From assembly GCA_013265495.1 (NCBI GenBank), contig MU058065.1, positions 6,882,302 through 6,946,301 on the forward strand: a stretch of DNA of 64,000 nt, in the 5' to 3' direction. Source of the stretch: Vicugna vicugna (taxonomy: Eukaryota). The translations under genes were made by a program, and so were the position numbers. The notes under the pieces were generated by a model. It saw nothing but the letters and a program-made list of their open reading frames with translations. It was not told the DNA's origin and searched no databases. This document shows, piece after piece, positions 1 through 11,960 of the stretch. Numbering within the stretch: position 1 is the first letter of the stretch; each line of letters starts with the position of its first letter.

Positions 1-266
1 ATCCCTTGATGCCAGTCCCAGGGAGGCCCTGTCACATGCTGCCACTCCAGTACTCCAACCCTTTTCTTGACTTCTGCCCTCATCTCAGCTGTCCTGGCCT
101 TGACTCCCTTGCCCTGGGCCCCCGCTATTTCTGCCCTCATTCTGCGGGTGCCTCCTCCCAGGGCTGCTATCTCCATGGCCCCAGCAGTGGCTCCCCTTTA
201 CCCTGGCCAGCCTGATGACCCCACAGTCTAGAATAACACTGGGTGGCTGGCTGCCCGCTGGGGCCT

Positions 267-280
267 GGCTAAAAATAGAC
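267..280 (+). promoter_or_regulatory. MEF2 consensus site
   Basis: ggCTAAAAATAGac: exact CTA(A/T)4TAG at 269-278 in GC-rich, apparently non-repetitive DNA. Confidence 0.4.
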
Positions 281-3279
281 CCATGCTTGGTGTGCTTTCA
301 GGGCAGTCTGGGGCAGAGGTAAGGTCCAGCCCACAGGTCCTTCATGGGCTCCTTGGGGGACATATTCTGCCGGGGCCCTGGGGCCTCCGTACCACCCCGC
401 TGCAGCCAGAAGCTTGGTTGGAGGGCCATGGGCCCCAGCGACACCTGGGAGGGACTTTCTGGTGCTGGTGGGTGACGCATGGGCTCAAAGAGGCAAGCTG
501 AGTGCCAGAATCAACCCAGGATTCCCAGCTGGTAAGTGTCGATGGTCTTGACTTGAACTCAAGTCCGGGCTCTCAGACTGGAGGCACAGTTGCTCCAGCC
601 GTAGCTGGCTTTTCTGCCCGCAGGTTGCTTTAAGACGAGTTCTCATTCCCGGCTTTGCACTTCTCTTGCTTTGGACTCTGAGCAATGACTCAGGCTCTCT
701 GAACACTGGCTTTCCCACCTGTACGAGGGGGTGTTCCACCTCTTGGGGCTACTGCTAGGCACATGGCTGCTGGGTCAGTGATTGACAGGACTCCCGGGGG
801 GTGTCCACAAGCTCACAAAGCTGGTAGCCTCCATCCTTTTCAGCCCCAGCCCTGGACCCTCTGTCTCCTCCTGGCTTTTTGGATCCCTCCCTGTGTCTCG
901 GTCTTCACGTCCTCTCTGGTCTCCAGATGGCTCCAGTCATGGACTCGGGGGCCCTATGGGGTCTGCAGAGCTCCCTGGAGAGGACAGCCTGGCCTCTGCC
1001 ACTGTGTGCAGAGTGGGTGAAGGGGCAGCTATGGGCTGGGTGCCCAGTGAGGCCTCCATCTGGTCTCTGGTGCTTTAAAATTCCCAAGAGCTTTTGTGTT
1101 GTTGCTCTCTGAATATTCTTTTAATTTTATTGCTGCTGTTCTTGTTTCATGGATGCATTTTCTTCTCTGATCTCTCTGAGGAGATTACTAACTTTTTCTC
1201 GAAGTTTTCCTCCCATGGAATTCTACCTCCTTTCCCCAAGTTGCTGCTGGTCTCTGCTGCTTCTCTGCTAAGCTTTCCTCGGATGCCTGGGAGGCTGGGC
1301 TACCCATTTATATTTCCAGTGGGACATTAACGGGTGGATTGTTTGCACTGGGGTTGGGCATGGACCCACCCAAGGCTTTGCTGGCTCTCGAGTGTCTGGC
1401 TGGACTCCTGCACTGGGGAAACTGCTGTCAGTGTCTCTGAGTCTCTCCTGGGCTTGCCAGATTTCCAGAGAGGTTCCCACTTTTCTGCCTTGGGGTAGGT
1501 ACAGGCCTGGGTGCTTCATATTCAGTTAACACTCACTTGACCCCCTCTTTCCTATCAGTACTCGTGCCCGCAACTGTGCCTGGTGGTCCCGGGGCCAGAG
1601 TCCACTGTCTTTCCAGGGAATAAGTCTCCTGTCTTCTGCTGGGGGTCAAGGAGAGGATCTGGAAATCTAAGCGCTTCTTCAGTGTCCTACCAGTCTTCCC
1701 GGTTCAGGTTCACATTGACCCCTGCCCTCAAATGTGTTCCAGTGCCACTGATCCTAAACCTTTAGGGGGTTCTGTGCTGAAGAATCTGGCGACTTCCTGG
1801 CTTTTCCCGCAGCCAGCTCAGGGTTCAGCTTTCTCAGGCTCACAGTTCCCACGCATCCATCTGCTTTCCAGCTCCCAGAATTTTGACACCGTTGTCACGG
1901 GTGATAATCAAAATATTTAACAAGAGATCCTGGGGACTGTGCTGGGAGGCTGGAGCAGGTCCTGAGGCCCCTCCTGGGCCAAGAATTTGCCTTTTCAGGT
2001 CCAGGGAAGGGGCTAGAGCAATGGGAGGGCGGGTGTGCAGTAACTATTTACCCACTGGGCCAGAAGTATGTTAGTTCTCAACAACCGCAGTGGTTGTGCT
2101 GTGCTGAGCATCACTTCTCGTCTGCTCTCCCTTTTTTTGGTCCTTCAGGCTTTATGCTTTAATTAAAAAAAAATCTTTTCTGTTGCTTTCAAGGAGTTTC
2201 AAGAGGGAGCAAAAGTAAATGTGTGTGTTCAACTGGCCAACTTTCCTGAAAGTATGCACTGCCCTTCTCTGGGCTGGGGCCTCCCTCACCTGCGGTGGAG
2301 CAATGCTGGCAGGCAGGAACGCTGTGACTGGGGAGGGCTGGAAGATGCAGCCTTTTCTGGGACCCAGTTGCAGGAGGTCCCCCACTCTCCTCCTCCTAGG
2401 TCAGCTGTCTTAGTTGTGGCTTTGAGGGCACTGATGGGATGTGAGGTGTGAAGCCACCAGCAGGTGTGAAAAGAGCAGCAGAGGATGTGGGAGGTCAGAC
2501 ATTAGGAAGCACTTCCCAGCCAGCCAGGGCTGTGAAGCCAGAGAACAGGATGATCTGGGGATGCTGTGGGGTCTCCCTTCTGGAGAATTTTAAGCCCCTG
2601 GTTGATCTAGGCTAGAGGGGATCTGCGGGAAGGCAGGGGGCTGACTGGGATGACCTCAGGCGGCAAGGATTGGATTTTGATCTCTTGATTTCCCTTTGCC
2701 AACCCCCTCTCTTCATCAACAGAAAGCTTCTCTCCATGGGAGGCAGGGTCCCTCTTCTGTGGTGCTAAGGGACAAGCCTCTTAGGGAAGAGGAAGTTTGA
2801 AATGTGAGAGGCAGAGATATGAGGAGGTCTGGGGGTCTAGAAAGAGACTTAAGGGTGGGGAGAGACCCCATGAGAGCCCCCCCACCCCAGGGCCCAAGGC
2901 TGGAGGGGAGGGGCCTCCTCTAGGGGGATGGGGGTTTCAAGGAGGAAGACAGTGGGAGGGAGGTTCTTAACTCCAGGACAGCCCCATACTGACATCTGCT
3001 ATAGTCAAGCAGGAAGTAGACAAAGAAATTCCTGTCAAGCAAACTCATTTGCATATTCTGCATCCAATTTGCATGTTATTTGGGGTCCAAAATGGCTAGA
3101 AATTTCCTTTGATACCTACTTTTCTCTTTCCAGGGGTACTCAGCTCTACCCCTGTCTATTCTTTCCTGTCTACAGGGTCCCAGCCCTGAACCTTCTGCTC
3201 CAAGACCCTCACCTTATCCTGTGGGGGCATGTTTTATGTATTTCCATCTATGCTGTATACAATTCCTCTCTCTTCAGGA

Positions 3280-3376
3280 TTTTTTTTTTTTTTTTGTAGT
3301 GGAGGTGCTAGGGATTGAACCCAGGACTTCCAGCATGCTAAGCACACACTCTACCACTGAGCTAAACCCCTGCCCC
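3280..3376 (-). mobile_element. tRNA-derived SINE, camelid Vic-1 type (short copy)
   Basis: The reverse complement reads ggggcaggggtttagctcagtggtagagtgtgtgcttagcatgctggaagtcctgggttcaatccctagcacctcc followed by poly(A), with Pol III A and B boxes. Imperfect target-site duplication (TSD) tcctctctcttcagg / tcctctctccagg. Confidence 0.85.
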
Positions 3377-4529
3377 TCCTCTCTCCAGGCTCATTTTTGC
3401 TTCCTTCCTTTGGCTCCTTAAACAAAACATACCCCATTGCTAACCAACTCCCAGCCCTTTCTTACAAACTTTCAGGAACAGTAATGGGGTTCCATCAGCC
3501 TTTCCCTAAGAGGGCTCCTCCCTGTCCTCCAAGCTGCTTCACAAGTCCCACCTCTACCTCCATCCTCAGCCTGTTCACATTTTCCTCTGTCTCCCAGACA
3601 GACAGAAACTTAAGGAAGGGGACAATCGGGTGCTAGACACAACTAGGTGTGAGTGGCCAGGAAAGGCCTGATTGAAGAAGATGTTTCTGATGGATAAGGA
3701 GTAGATGTCTGGAAGGGAAGAGGTGTCCTACTCCAGGAATCTAGGATGACCATGGATGGTAGGAATGGGTTTTGGTTTTGGTAAGAGAATCCATACAGAG
3801 GGTGCTGTGCTGAGTAAGGTTGGAGATTTGGGGACAGGGGAACAGGGCTGGCCTGCTTTCCTGCTGAGGTTTTATGCTAAGTCATAGGAAGTTGAAGACT
3901 CAAACCTCATTTGGGGTTTAGAAGAGGAGAGTTGGGAAATAGTAGGGTGAAAACAGAGGCCTCTCTGGCAGTGTGGTGCCACATAGGAAGTTCTTCCTGT
4001 TGTCTAACTTGAGTATTCCCTGCTGAGTCCTGACCATTTCTTCCTGATTATCCTCAGTGGGGATGAGAAGCTCAGGAACTCACACCTATGCTTTCTTTTC
4101 TGTCTTCCCTGCTTGAGAGGCATCCTTCAGTTCCTTCTCTTCCTGAGTTCCAGCTTTTTCTGGGCTCATGTGCCCCCATTCTATTTCTCCTTTGGCCTGC
4201 TTCCAACATCTTCCTAACAATGCTGTTTTGGCTTCATCCTGCTAGGACTCCCGGCTGCTCTTTCTCGGGTGTCCAGTCTCCGGATGGCAGTGTGAACTGT
4301 GTGTTCCAGACAGGGTGCTCTAGCCCAGGGCTCTGGCGGGGACTGTCTGTCTGGTGGGGGTGGGGTAGGCAGCTAGCAGACCCAGGGAGGGTTGTGGGGC
4401 AGGTGAACTTGCTTTTACAGTCACCCCAGAGTGCCTGCCCCTCCTGGCCCCAGGTTCTAAGATATTTGTCCAGTAGCTCCCAAGGGTGCCTTGATGAGTC
4501 AGGTCTGGTGCCAGACATTTTCACATGTA

Positions 4530-4680
4530 TTGAATCCTCACAATTACCTGTGAGGTTAGGATCCTTGTCTCCATTTTGGAGAAGAGGAAATAAGTTCAGA
4601 AGAGAGAAATAATCTCTTCAGGTTCATACAGCCAGTAAATGTCAGGGCCAGGATTTAGACCCTGGTCTCTGTCGGCTTTA
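4530..4680 (-). mobile_element. MIR SINE
   Basis: aatcctcacaattacctgtgagg...ccattttggagaagaggaaa...agggccaggatttagaccc. Confidence 0.65.
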
Positions 4681-7519
4681 TACCTCAGTTCTTCTCTTTG
4701 GGAGGTGGCAGTGGGGATGACGGAGCTGACGCTTCCCATGTCCCCGGCATGGTCTCAACTGCACTGGGAGGTGAGAGAGGCAATCGCAGCAGTACCCATT
4801 CGCCAGAAGAGGACACTGAGGCTCCCAGAGGGGCCATGCCTGAAACCTCGTCTGAGGTGTTGCCTCTTGTCCTCAGGTCTGACTCCTCACCCCTCACGGC
4901 CTCATGACTCTGCTCATCCATCTACAGGGCTGGGATGGGGCTGGGGTGCCCAAAGCAGGCTGCATCAGTAACCCCCTTCTCTCTGGTCTGTCTGGGGCCA
5001 GGCCTGCCCTGCTCTACCCTGAAGCTCCCAGACAGAGTGAGAATAGAATGTGCCAGAAGTCAGGCTCAAGTGGATCACAGAGAGGATCTGGGATCCTTCT
5101 AGGAGGGGGGCAAGGAGCAAATGGAAATCAGCAGGCCCAGGAGAGCCTCCAGCCTTTATTCAAGAGGGTGCAGGGATTTTACCCACGTCTGATGCAGGGT
5201 CCAGCCAAGGCACACCAAGGTGCCAGCTCTCCTGGCTTCTGTGGAGCAGTGAAGGGTTCAAGTCTGGGGATTCTTGAGGTTCTCCCAGGAGCTTGTTCTG
5301 GGCCTGGCCCCTGGGCACCAGCTGTGGCCTTCTCCTAGTCAGGAAGCAAGTGCTTGAGAGCCTTGGCCCAGATCTGGTTCCTGACCCCAGGGACTGCACC
5401 TGGGTCCTTGAGGGTCTTAGCTCAGACTCCCTCTGGGTCTGCCCCTTCGTGATCAGAGTCTGGAGTGGCGGAAGTCCCTGGGAGCCCTGGGTCTGGCTTG
5501 CTTCTGGAGCCTGGAGATGAAGCCATATCACTTTGTTTTGTACCTCGGTTTCCCTGGTGGGCTGGCTGGTGGCATGCCATACTTTCTCTCCTCTTTCTTT
5601 ATTCCTGTCCTCTTCCCTTCCCTTGAGGCTGGTGAGGCTGACCCTTCCCCGCTGCTCTTTGTGAGATGGTCGGAGCCCTCCACCTCCCTTCTGTCTCCTG
5701 TCCCCCACTTCCTCCTGCCCTCTGCTTGTCTCCATCTCTACACTCACACCCGCTCTCTCTCACTTCTCTGGTTTTAGACAGCCTCAGCTCCACTGCCTTT
5801 CCCATTTTGGATGTCTCTCTTGGAGGCTCCACTTCCCCTCTTCTGTCCTTATCCAACTTGGGGTCTATCTGGAATCTGGCTCCTCCTGGCCCTCCTTCCT
5901 TCTCACAGCTTCCTGAACATCTTCAGGGCACAGGGGTCCCACTTTCCAGTCTCTCTTCCATTTCCCTTCTCTGTAGAAACAGTAGTAGGAGGTGGGCCCA
6001 GGAGAGGAGCCCAGTGTGGTGTCCTGGCTGGAGAGTGGTGAGGGGTGCCAGTGGGTGGGAGGAGGATGGTTGTCCAGTGAAAATAGGCGGTAGGTGGGGA
6101 TCTCCTTATCTCTATCCACCCCCATTTGCTCAGTCTCTGATGTCCCTAGCTGCCTGCCAGTCACTGTCACTATCTTTTCCTTCCTGGGACTAGGGGCTTT
6201 AACCCAGCTCCCCTCCTTCTGTGCCTCCCATACCCAACTGCCCTCTCTGTCCAGTCAGGGGGCTGGTTTCCCGGGAAGGGGAGGGGGGCTGTCTGGTAGG
6301 AGGTAAGGGCGAGGTGGGTGGTAATTGTATTGGCTTGTACCAGTTCTGATGCAATTGGGCTTCCCAGACTGGAACCCCCCACCCCCTGCCCCCTCCTTCC
6401 TCCCTCTCCTCCTGCCTTCTCCATTCATCTAACTCCGTCTCCCAGTTCCATCAGAATCAATTAGACAGTCCTTGCTTTAATCTCATTGCAGGAACCTGGG
6501 CTCAGACCCAGCAGCCCAGCTCCTAGGTCTGCAGTCCCTGTGCTGGCCCCTGCAACGAACACCCCAGGGACAGAGGGATGACCAGGATGACCTCAGGGCC
6601 CCTGTTCTTACTTCTCCACCCCCAGATGCTATGGCCTGCCCCAGGAGGCAGCCCAGGCCTCGAGGCCCCCAACGGATCAATACCCACCATCACTCCAGGT
6701 CTGTCCCCACCCCTCCCCTACCCACCGTTTATCATGTCAGATGCTGGGTGGCGAAGGAAGTCATTTGGAAAGGGGCCCAGAGGACCCAGGATTCTTAGTC
6801 TGCAGAATGCAGAGTGGTGGGGGTAGGGTGGTGATGGGGGCTTGAATAATGAGCCGCCAACGCCTAAAGGCATTTATTGTGCAGAGAGGGTGGCCAAATG
6901 GTTCTTCCCCAGACAAGGCAGTCTGAGAGGAAAGGGTCTGGAATTTGAGAGCCGGGATGGAGGTTAGGTATCAAGAGGAACTTCCTGCGTGTCATGGGTC
7001 AGAGACCTGGGTTGGCGGTGATAAAGGGGAGAACGAGAACGTAGGGGCTCACCTCCCTGGGATATCTATAAAGGAGCAACGTTTCCTCTTCTCTCCCTCC
7101 TCTGTCTGCAATGTTGGGCTATGGCAAAGCAATCGAGCCAGGAATGGTGGGGCCTTGATCCATTCTGGATCTGCTACTTTTCAGCTGTGTGATTCCTGGC
7201 AAGTCACATTACCTCTCTGGGCCTCGGCGTCCTCATGTGCAAATCATGTTGGGGTCGGGGGCAGGGAAAGGTGTTGGGTCTCTTTCAAGTTTAACTGAAA
7301 TGAGTGTTGGATATTAGGGAGCTAGGATGCAGAATAGGGAGGTGGGTCCCTCGTCAGAGGCGAGTAGAGTGGAGATTCATAAAGATCTCACTCTTCTGGT
7401 GCAACAGCAGTAAGAACCCGGAAAATGACTCCCCACTTCCAGGGCTGGAAAGCTGGGGTAGGGACCCAGTGGGTTTAGAAGCAGAAATGGCCCACCTTCC
7501 ATCTTTCTTTTTTTTATTC

Positions 7520-7740
7520 ATGCAATCAACCAAACAGTCCACCAGGTAACTCATGTTTATTGACCATGTGTCCTACATCATGCTGGGTGCTGAGTGCTGG
7601 GAGTACAACCATGAATGACTGACAAGATCCTCTGGGAGCTGGCAATCTGCTGGGAAGGGCGTGAGACAGTGACGAAGTGAGCAGATCTATCAACAAGAGA
7701 TAGTGCTAAGTGCTGTGAAGCAATGAACTTGCTGGTGTCA
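7520..7740 (-). mobile_element. L2 LINE 3' relic
   Basis: catgtttattga...tgctgggtgctg...tagtgctaagtgctgtgaag. Confidence 0.5.
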
Positions 7741-10700
7741 CACAGAGACTGGGAGCCAGAGGGATGGAAGGACTCCAGTGGGGTGGTTAGAGAAGGTGAC
7801 CTTGGAACCTATATGAGATGGAACCCCAGCTCTGCAGGGACCCTAGTTCTGTCACTGTGTATGAGTCCTGGACCTTGAATATGGTTGGGTAGTTTAACCA
7901 TGAGTGGGGCTGGTGAACTCTGTCCCTGATGGAGGTGCTGAGGCTCTGGGGAACCCAGTCTTGGAGGTGAGACCCAAGTGGGAGCTCCCTGGGGGCCACA
8001 GGAGGAATTGCTGTAGCTGGGAGGGTGGTAAAACTAACTCTAGTTGTGGGAAAGCACATGGAGAGCTGGGCCTGCCAGAGCTGTCCCCATCTGATGGAAG
8101 AGAAAGGCTGGGGGACCTCTGGGGAATGGCCTCTGTGCAGCTCTCTTGGTGTGAAAGCAAGACCCGGAGCCTCTGATCAGATGCCCAAGCCATCTTACAG
8201 GAGCCGCCTTTGTTCCCCTGCAGACAAAACCAGCTGGGGGCACTATGGCCCTGGGGACCTGGGACAGAGGAGACTCTGTGCTTACTTTTTCCCCAAGGGG
8301 CTGGTGGCTGTGACCTGCTCTCTTGTTTCCCTGACACCTTTGCTGGATGCCTCTGGGAAGTTTCCCGTTCTTCTGGTCACTGTTGGGGGGTGGGGCAGAG
8401 TGGAGAGCAGCCCCCTCGCTGTGAATGTAGCCTCCATCCCTCCTGGCTCTAGACCTGAATCTCCTCCCTGGCCTGCATTCAGAAGCCAGGTCTCCAGGCT
8501 GAGTGAACAAGAGTGGAATGTGGAGGAGAAATTCCTCCTTCAAGCCCAAGCCAGACCCACAGCCCAGCTCTGCTTGCCAGTCTGGAATCTAGGAGAGGAG
8601 AGGAGGTAGAGGGAGGAAAAGTGAGGGTCCCAGGGGGTGGGAGACAGGCCCAGGGTCTGTGGGAGCCCGGGCAGGGTAGGGAGACAAAGAGTCCCCAGAG
8701 GATCAGTCAACCCTTTGAGGATGGTGGCCAGCTTTTCAGTAGTTCCACTGGGGAGGCCAAGGTGAGGAACTGGGTGGGGGGGCTGCTATCAGCTACCTAC
8801 GTGGGGGCTGCAGAGAGATTGGCGTCTGATGTGAGGCCCCTGTGACTGACCAGACCCTGCCCAGGCTTATCCCAATTCGTGGTCTCCTGTATCTAAGCAT
8901 CTGAGTCTGGTCCATTCTGTGGAGTCCCGCGTCTCTGTCCCTGATGCTTGGGGGCCTGGAAGGAGAAATCTGGGGTGGGGGCATGCAAGAACCCACCAGG
9001 TGCCAGATGCATTTTCTGGTGCATTGAGTGCTTTGAGAAGAAAGAGACTGAAGTTGGAAGGGGATTGAACGCCCTTCCCACCTCTTCAAGATGCACGAGT
9101 TTGGGTGAAAGAAGAAGCGTAGGGATCCTTGCTAAAGCTTTCCAGAAGGTTCTGGGGGTCCTGGAGCTGCTCCCCTCAGGGTTCTGACCTCCTCTGGGGA
9201 TGAAAACAGAACCGAGGATATGTGACTTCCCATGAGGCACCAAACTCCCGAGGACAAATTTCTGCATCCTGTTGAGATTGTGCACAAGAGGGCAGAGTTC
9301 ATCGACCTTCGACCTTCGGGAGCTGAGTTACTGGGCCTGAAGCTATGTGGCGGGAGGGGCTAAGAGAGGAGACCTGGGGAGAAGCTCCAGGCAGTGCCAG
9401 GTCTGGCTTCCTGTCCCTGTCAGGTGCAGACTCTTCCCTTGCTCTCTGGAGGGTCACTGGTTTAAGGACACCTCCTACTGGCCAGTGGGTGAAGTGAAGG
9501 ACTCCCCACCTTTGGAGTCCTTTTCATCAGTATTTCCTTGTTGGGAAGGGCAGAATCTAGAAATCTCTTCCTTCTCTTTCTCCTTTCCTTCTCTTTGATG
9601 AGTGCTTTTCATGCCCTAAGTGCTGAGAAGACTTAAGAATCCTCTTAAGGAAAATCATCTTGTCCTTGCCTCAGGGTCCAGGCAGGAAGGCACTCCAGCC
9701 TTTCTGAAGAACTTCCTTCCGTTTAAAAGATTCAACCTGGGATTCCTTCCGATTCAGCTTTATTCCACCTACTGTGGATTAAGCTCCATTTCCTCACATC
9801 TCACATCTGATCCATGTCCTCTGGTGCCAGGGTAGGGAGGCTGTGGAGATTGCAGGCCCCCAAAGAGGAGGCAGGCCCCTTCTGCAGGTCTGGCACAGAC
9901 TTCGTAATGCTTGGCACTTCGCTGGAGGTCATGGGCATGAGCAAAGGCAGGACCTGCTAGGGATGGGCCCATATACTTCCTTTCCACTTACTTCCCTGAT
10001 GCCACCTTTCATCCAGAGCCTTCATGGTGGTGTGTGGGACGGAGGTGATGGGGTTCCCTCTTGCCTGGGAATTGTGTGTGGGGGGGTGGGGTTGAGGGCC
10101 CTAACGTCTGTCTTTCTCCCTCTCTCTGTCAACGGGCCAGCAAGGCCCCCTCTTCCTCCCTCACTGTGCTCCTGCCAACCTCCCCCAAAGCCCTGTACTC
10201 CACTGCCTTGTCTCAAGGTGAGGAGCTGAAGTTGGGGTGGGGCAGGGCCTGAGAAGTCTGCTAGAGTAGGGGAGAGCTTGGCCCTGGTCCTCAGGCTGCA
10301 TGTTGGGAAGGAGACCCTGCCTGGAGCCCCCTGATGCTGTCTCTGTGTCCTCATCCTTCCCTGAGGAAGGGGCCAGAGAGACAGCATTGCCAGGGAAAAC
10401 GTCCCTGAGATGGTGCCAAGGAAACCCAGGCCTGGGAGTGCAGGCGGCTGGGGGCAGGGTGGGGGTGGGGCCTGGCTGGTGCTCCCGTGGCCTGTTGCTG
10501 TGGAAGAGGCCCTGGCAGGGTCCTGCTTGCAGCCGCAGCTCTCCCGCCCCTTTTCTTTCTGGGCTTGGCTGGCTGGCTCCCCTCCCAGTTTCTCTGCAGC
10601 GACAGAACCAGGGGCAAAGCTCAGGGCTGCTTCTCTACCTCTCTGTAGTCTGCCTGTGGGTCTCCTGCCAGTCTCCCTCTGCCTTTGTCTCTCTGTATCT

Positions 10701-11259
10701 CTGTGTCTCTGTGCCTCTCTCCAGAGTCCAGCACCTCCTTCTCGTCTCTCTCTTCTTCCTGCTCCCTAGTTCCAGGGTCACAGTATGGTGATCCCAAACA
10801 ATATTCTGGAGAGGCCCCCGTCCCCTGTTCACATCCTCTGAGCACTGCAGAGGCAGAGAAGGGTTCCTAGCCTCTAGTAGCGACCATGGGGCAGGACATG
10901 ATGGGACACAGTGCACCCTGGATCCTAAGCAGGAGGTTCAGCCAATAGCTGTGGGCAGTTTGTCCAGCTCTCATCAATCTGATCTGGTACAGCCTCTCAG
11001 GCAGGGGCCCTTCCAGCTTGTGGGGGCGTTTGGATGCTTGGAGCTCCCTCCTATAGTTGGCTGGAGAGAGATCCAGGCAGCGGAGTCGGGGTGTGGCCAG
11101 GGTCAGAGGTTGGTGAGTTGGGACAGCTGGTCCAGGTTGTGTCCTTGTGTGCATGCCAGGCCCATGGATGTTTCTGCTTCAGTCAGGAAAGCCAGTGGCC
11201 TCCGTTTAAGTTAATCACATTATGCTCTGGGGAGCAATATGGAAATAAGAGTGAGGTCT

Positions 11260-11960
11260 GGAGGGAATCCGCACACACAGGCACACACACATACGTGCAC
11301 ACTCACACACTCACTGCAGCTTGGAGCACAATGCTGCCACCACCGCCGCCCAGGCTCCCACCGCCGTTGCGCCTTTCTCGCAGGTGGACGCCCGGTGTCT
11401 GGCACCGCCTCCGTTCTGTCGGATCAGCCTCTCCTGCGAACCACTCCGGGAGCCTCCGAAGTTGCCGGGGTGCCTGTGCCCGCCCCCCAGTTCGCCGGGG
11501 AAACCAGCAGGCGGAGGCTGTCACGCTGAGGGGAGGAGAGAGGGAGCTGGAGGAAGTCCCCGAGGGTGGAGGAGCCCTGCAGCGGCTCGCGCCTCCCGCA
11601 GGGGCTTCTGAGGAGATGGAGCCACGTCGGGGCTGTGCTGCGGGAGCCCCATCAAGCTCCTCCCGCTAGAGGGGCCGGGACACTCGGGCTGCTCCGGCGG
11701 AGCTGAGCTTTCGGGAGACCCCGGGGCAGAGCTCTCGCCTTCCTCCTCACCACCTCTCCGTAGCGCCGGGTCCTCCTCCCTCGACCCTCGACCCTCGCAC
11801 CCCGAGGTGCCCACCCTCGGGGTCAACATGACTCGACTGAGCTGGTGCTTCTCCTGCGTGATTCAATGGAGCAAGTACCTCTTCTCCTGCTTTCTGCCCC
11901 TGCGTTTCTGCCTCCGCAGACAGGTAAACTTACCTGGCACCTGCCCCACGTCTCCCCGAC
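11260..11960 (+). promoter_or_regulatory. CpG island: promoter and 5' UTR of TNS1 exon 1A
   Basis: Dense CpG (ccgccgcc, gcgcc, ccgggg) against CpG-depleted flanks, ending at the exon 1A donor. The transcription start cannot be placed from sequence alone. Confidence 0.8.
11828..11923 (+). CDS. TNS1: Tensin 1, alternative first coding exon A (MTRLSWCFSCVIQWSKYLFSCFLPLRFCLRRQ, 32 codons, phase-0 end)
   Basis: ATG at 11828 (aacATGa) at the 3' end of a CpG island. Donor CAG|gtaaac at 11923/11924. Joins in frame to PEDLEAPK... at 31044. The peptide resembles a mammalian TNS1 N-terminal isoform as I recall it. Confidence 0.85.

Noticed and set aside
529..537. Strong donor-like CTG|GTAAGT
   Set aside because: I found no convincing acceptor, start codon or tensin-like peptide upstream.
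11926..11940. U1 snRNA gene or pseudogene
   Set aside because: Similarity stops after U1 nt 14 and no U1 body follows. Reported as a motif only.
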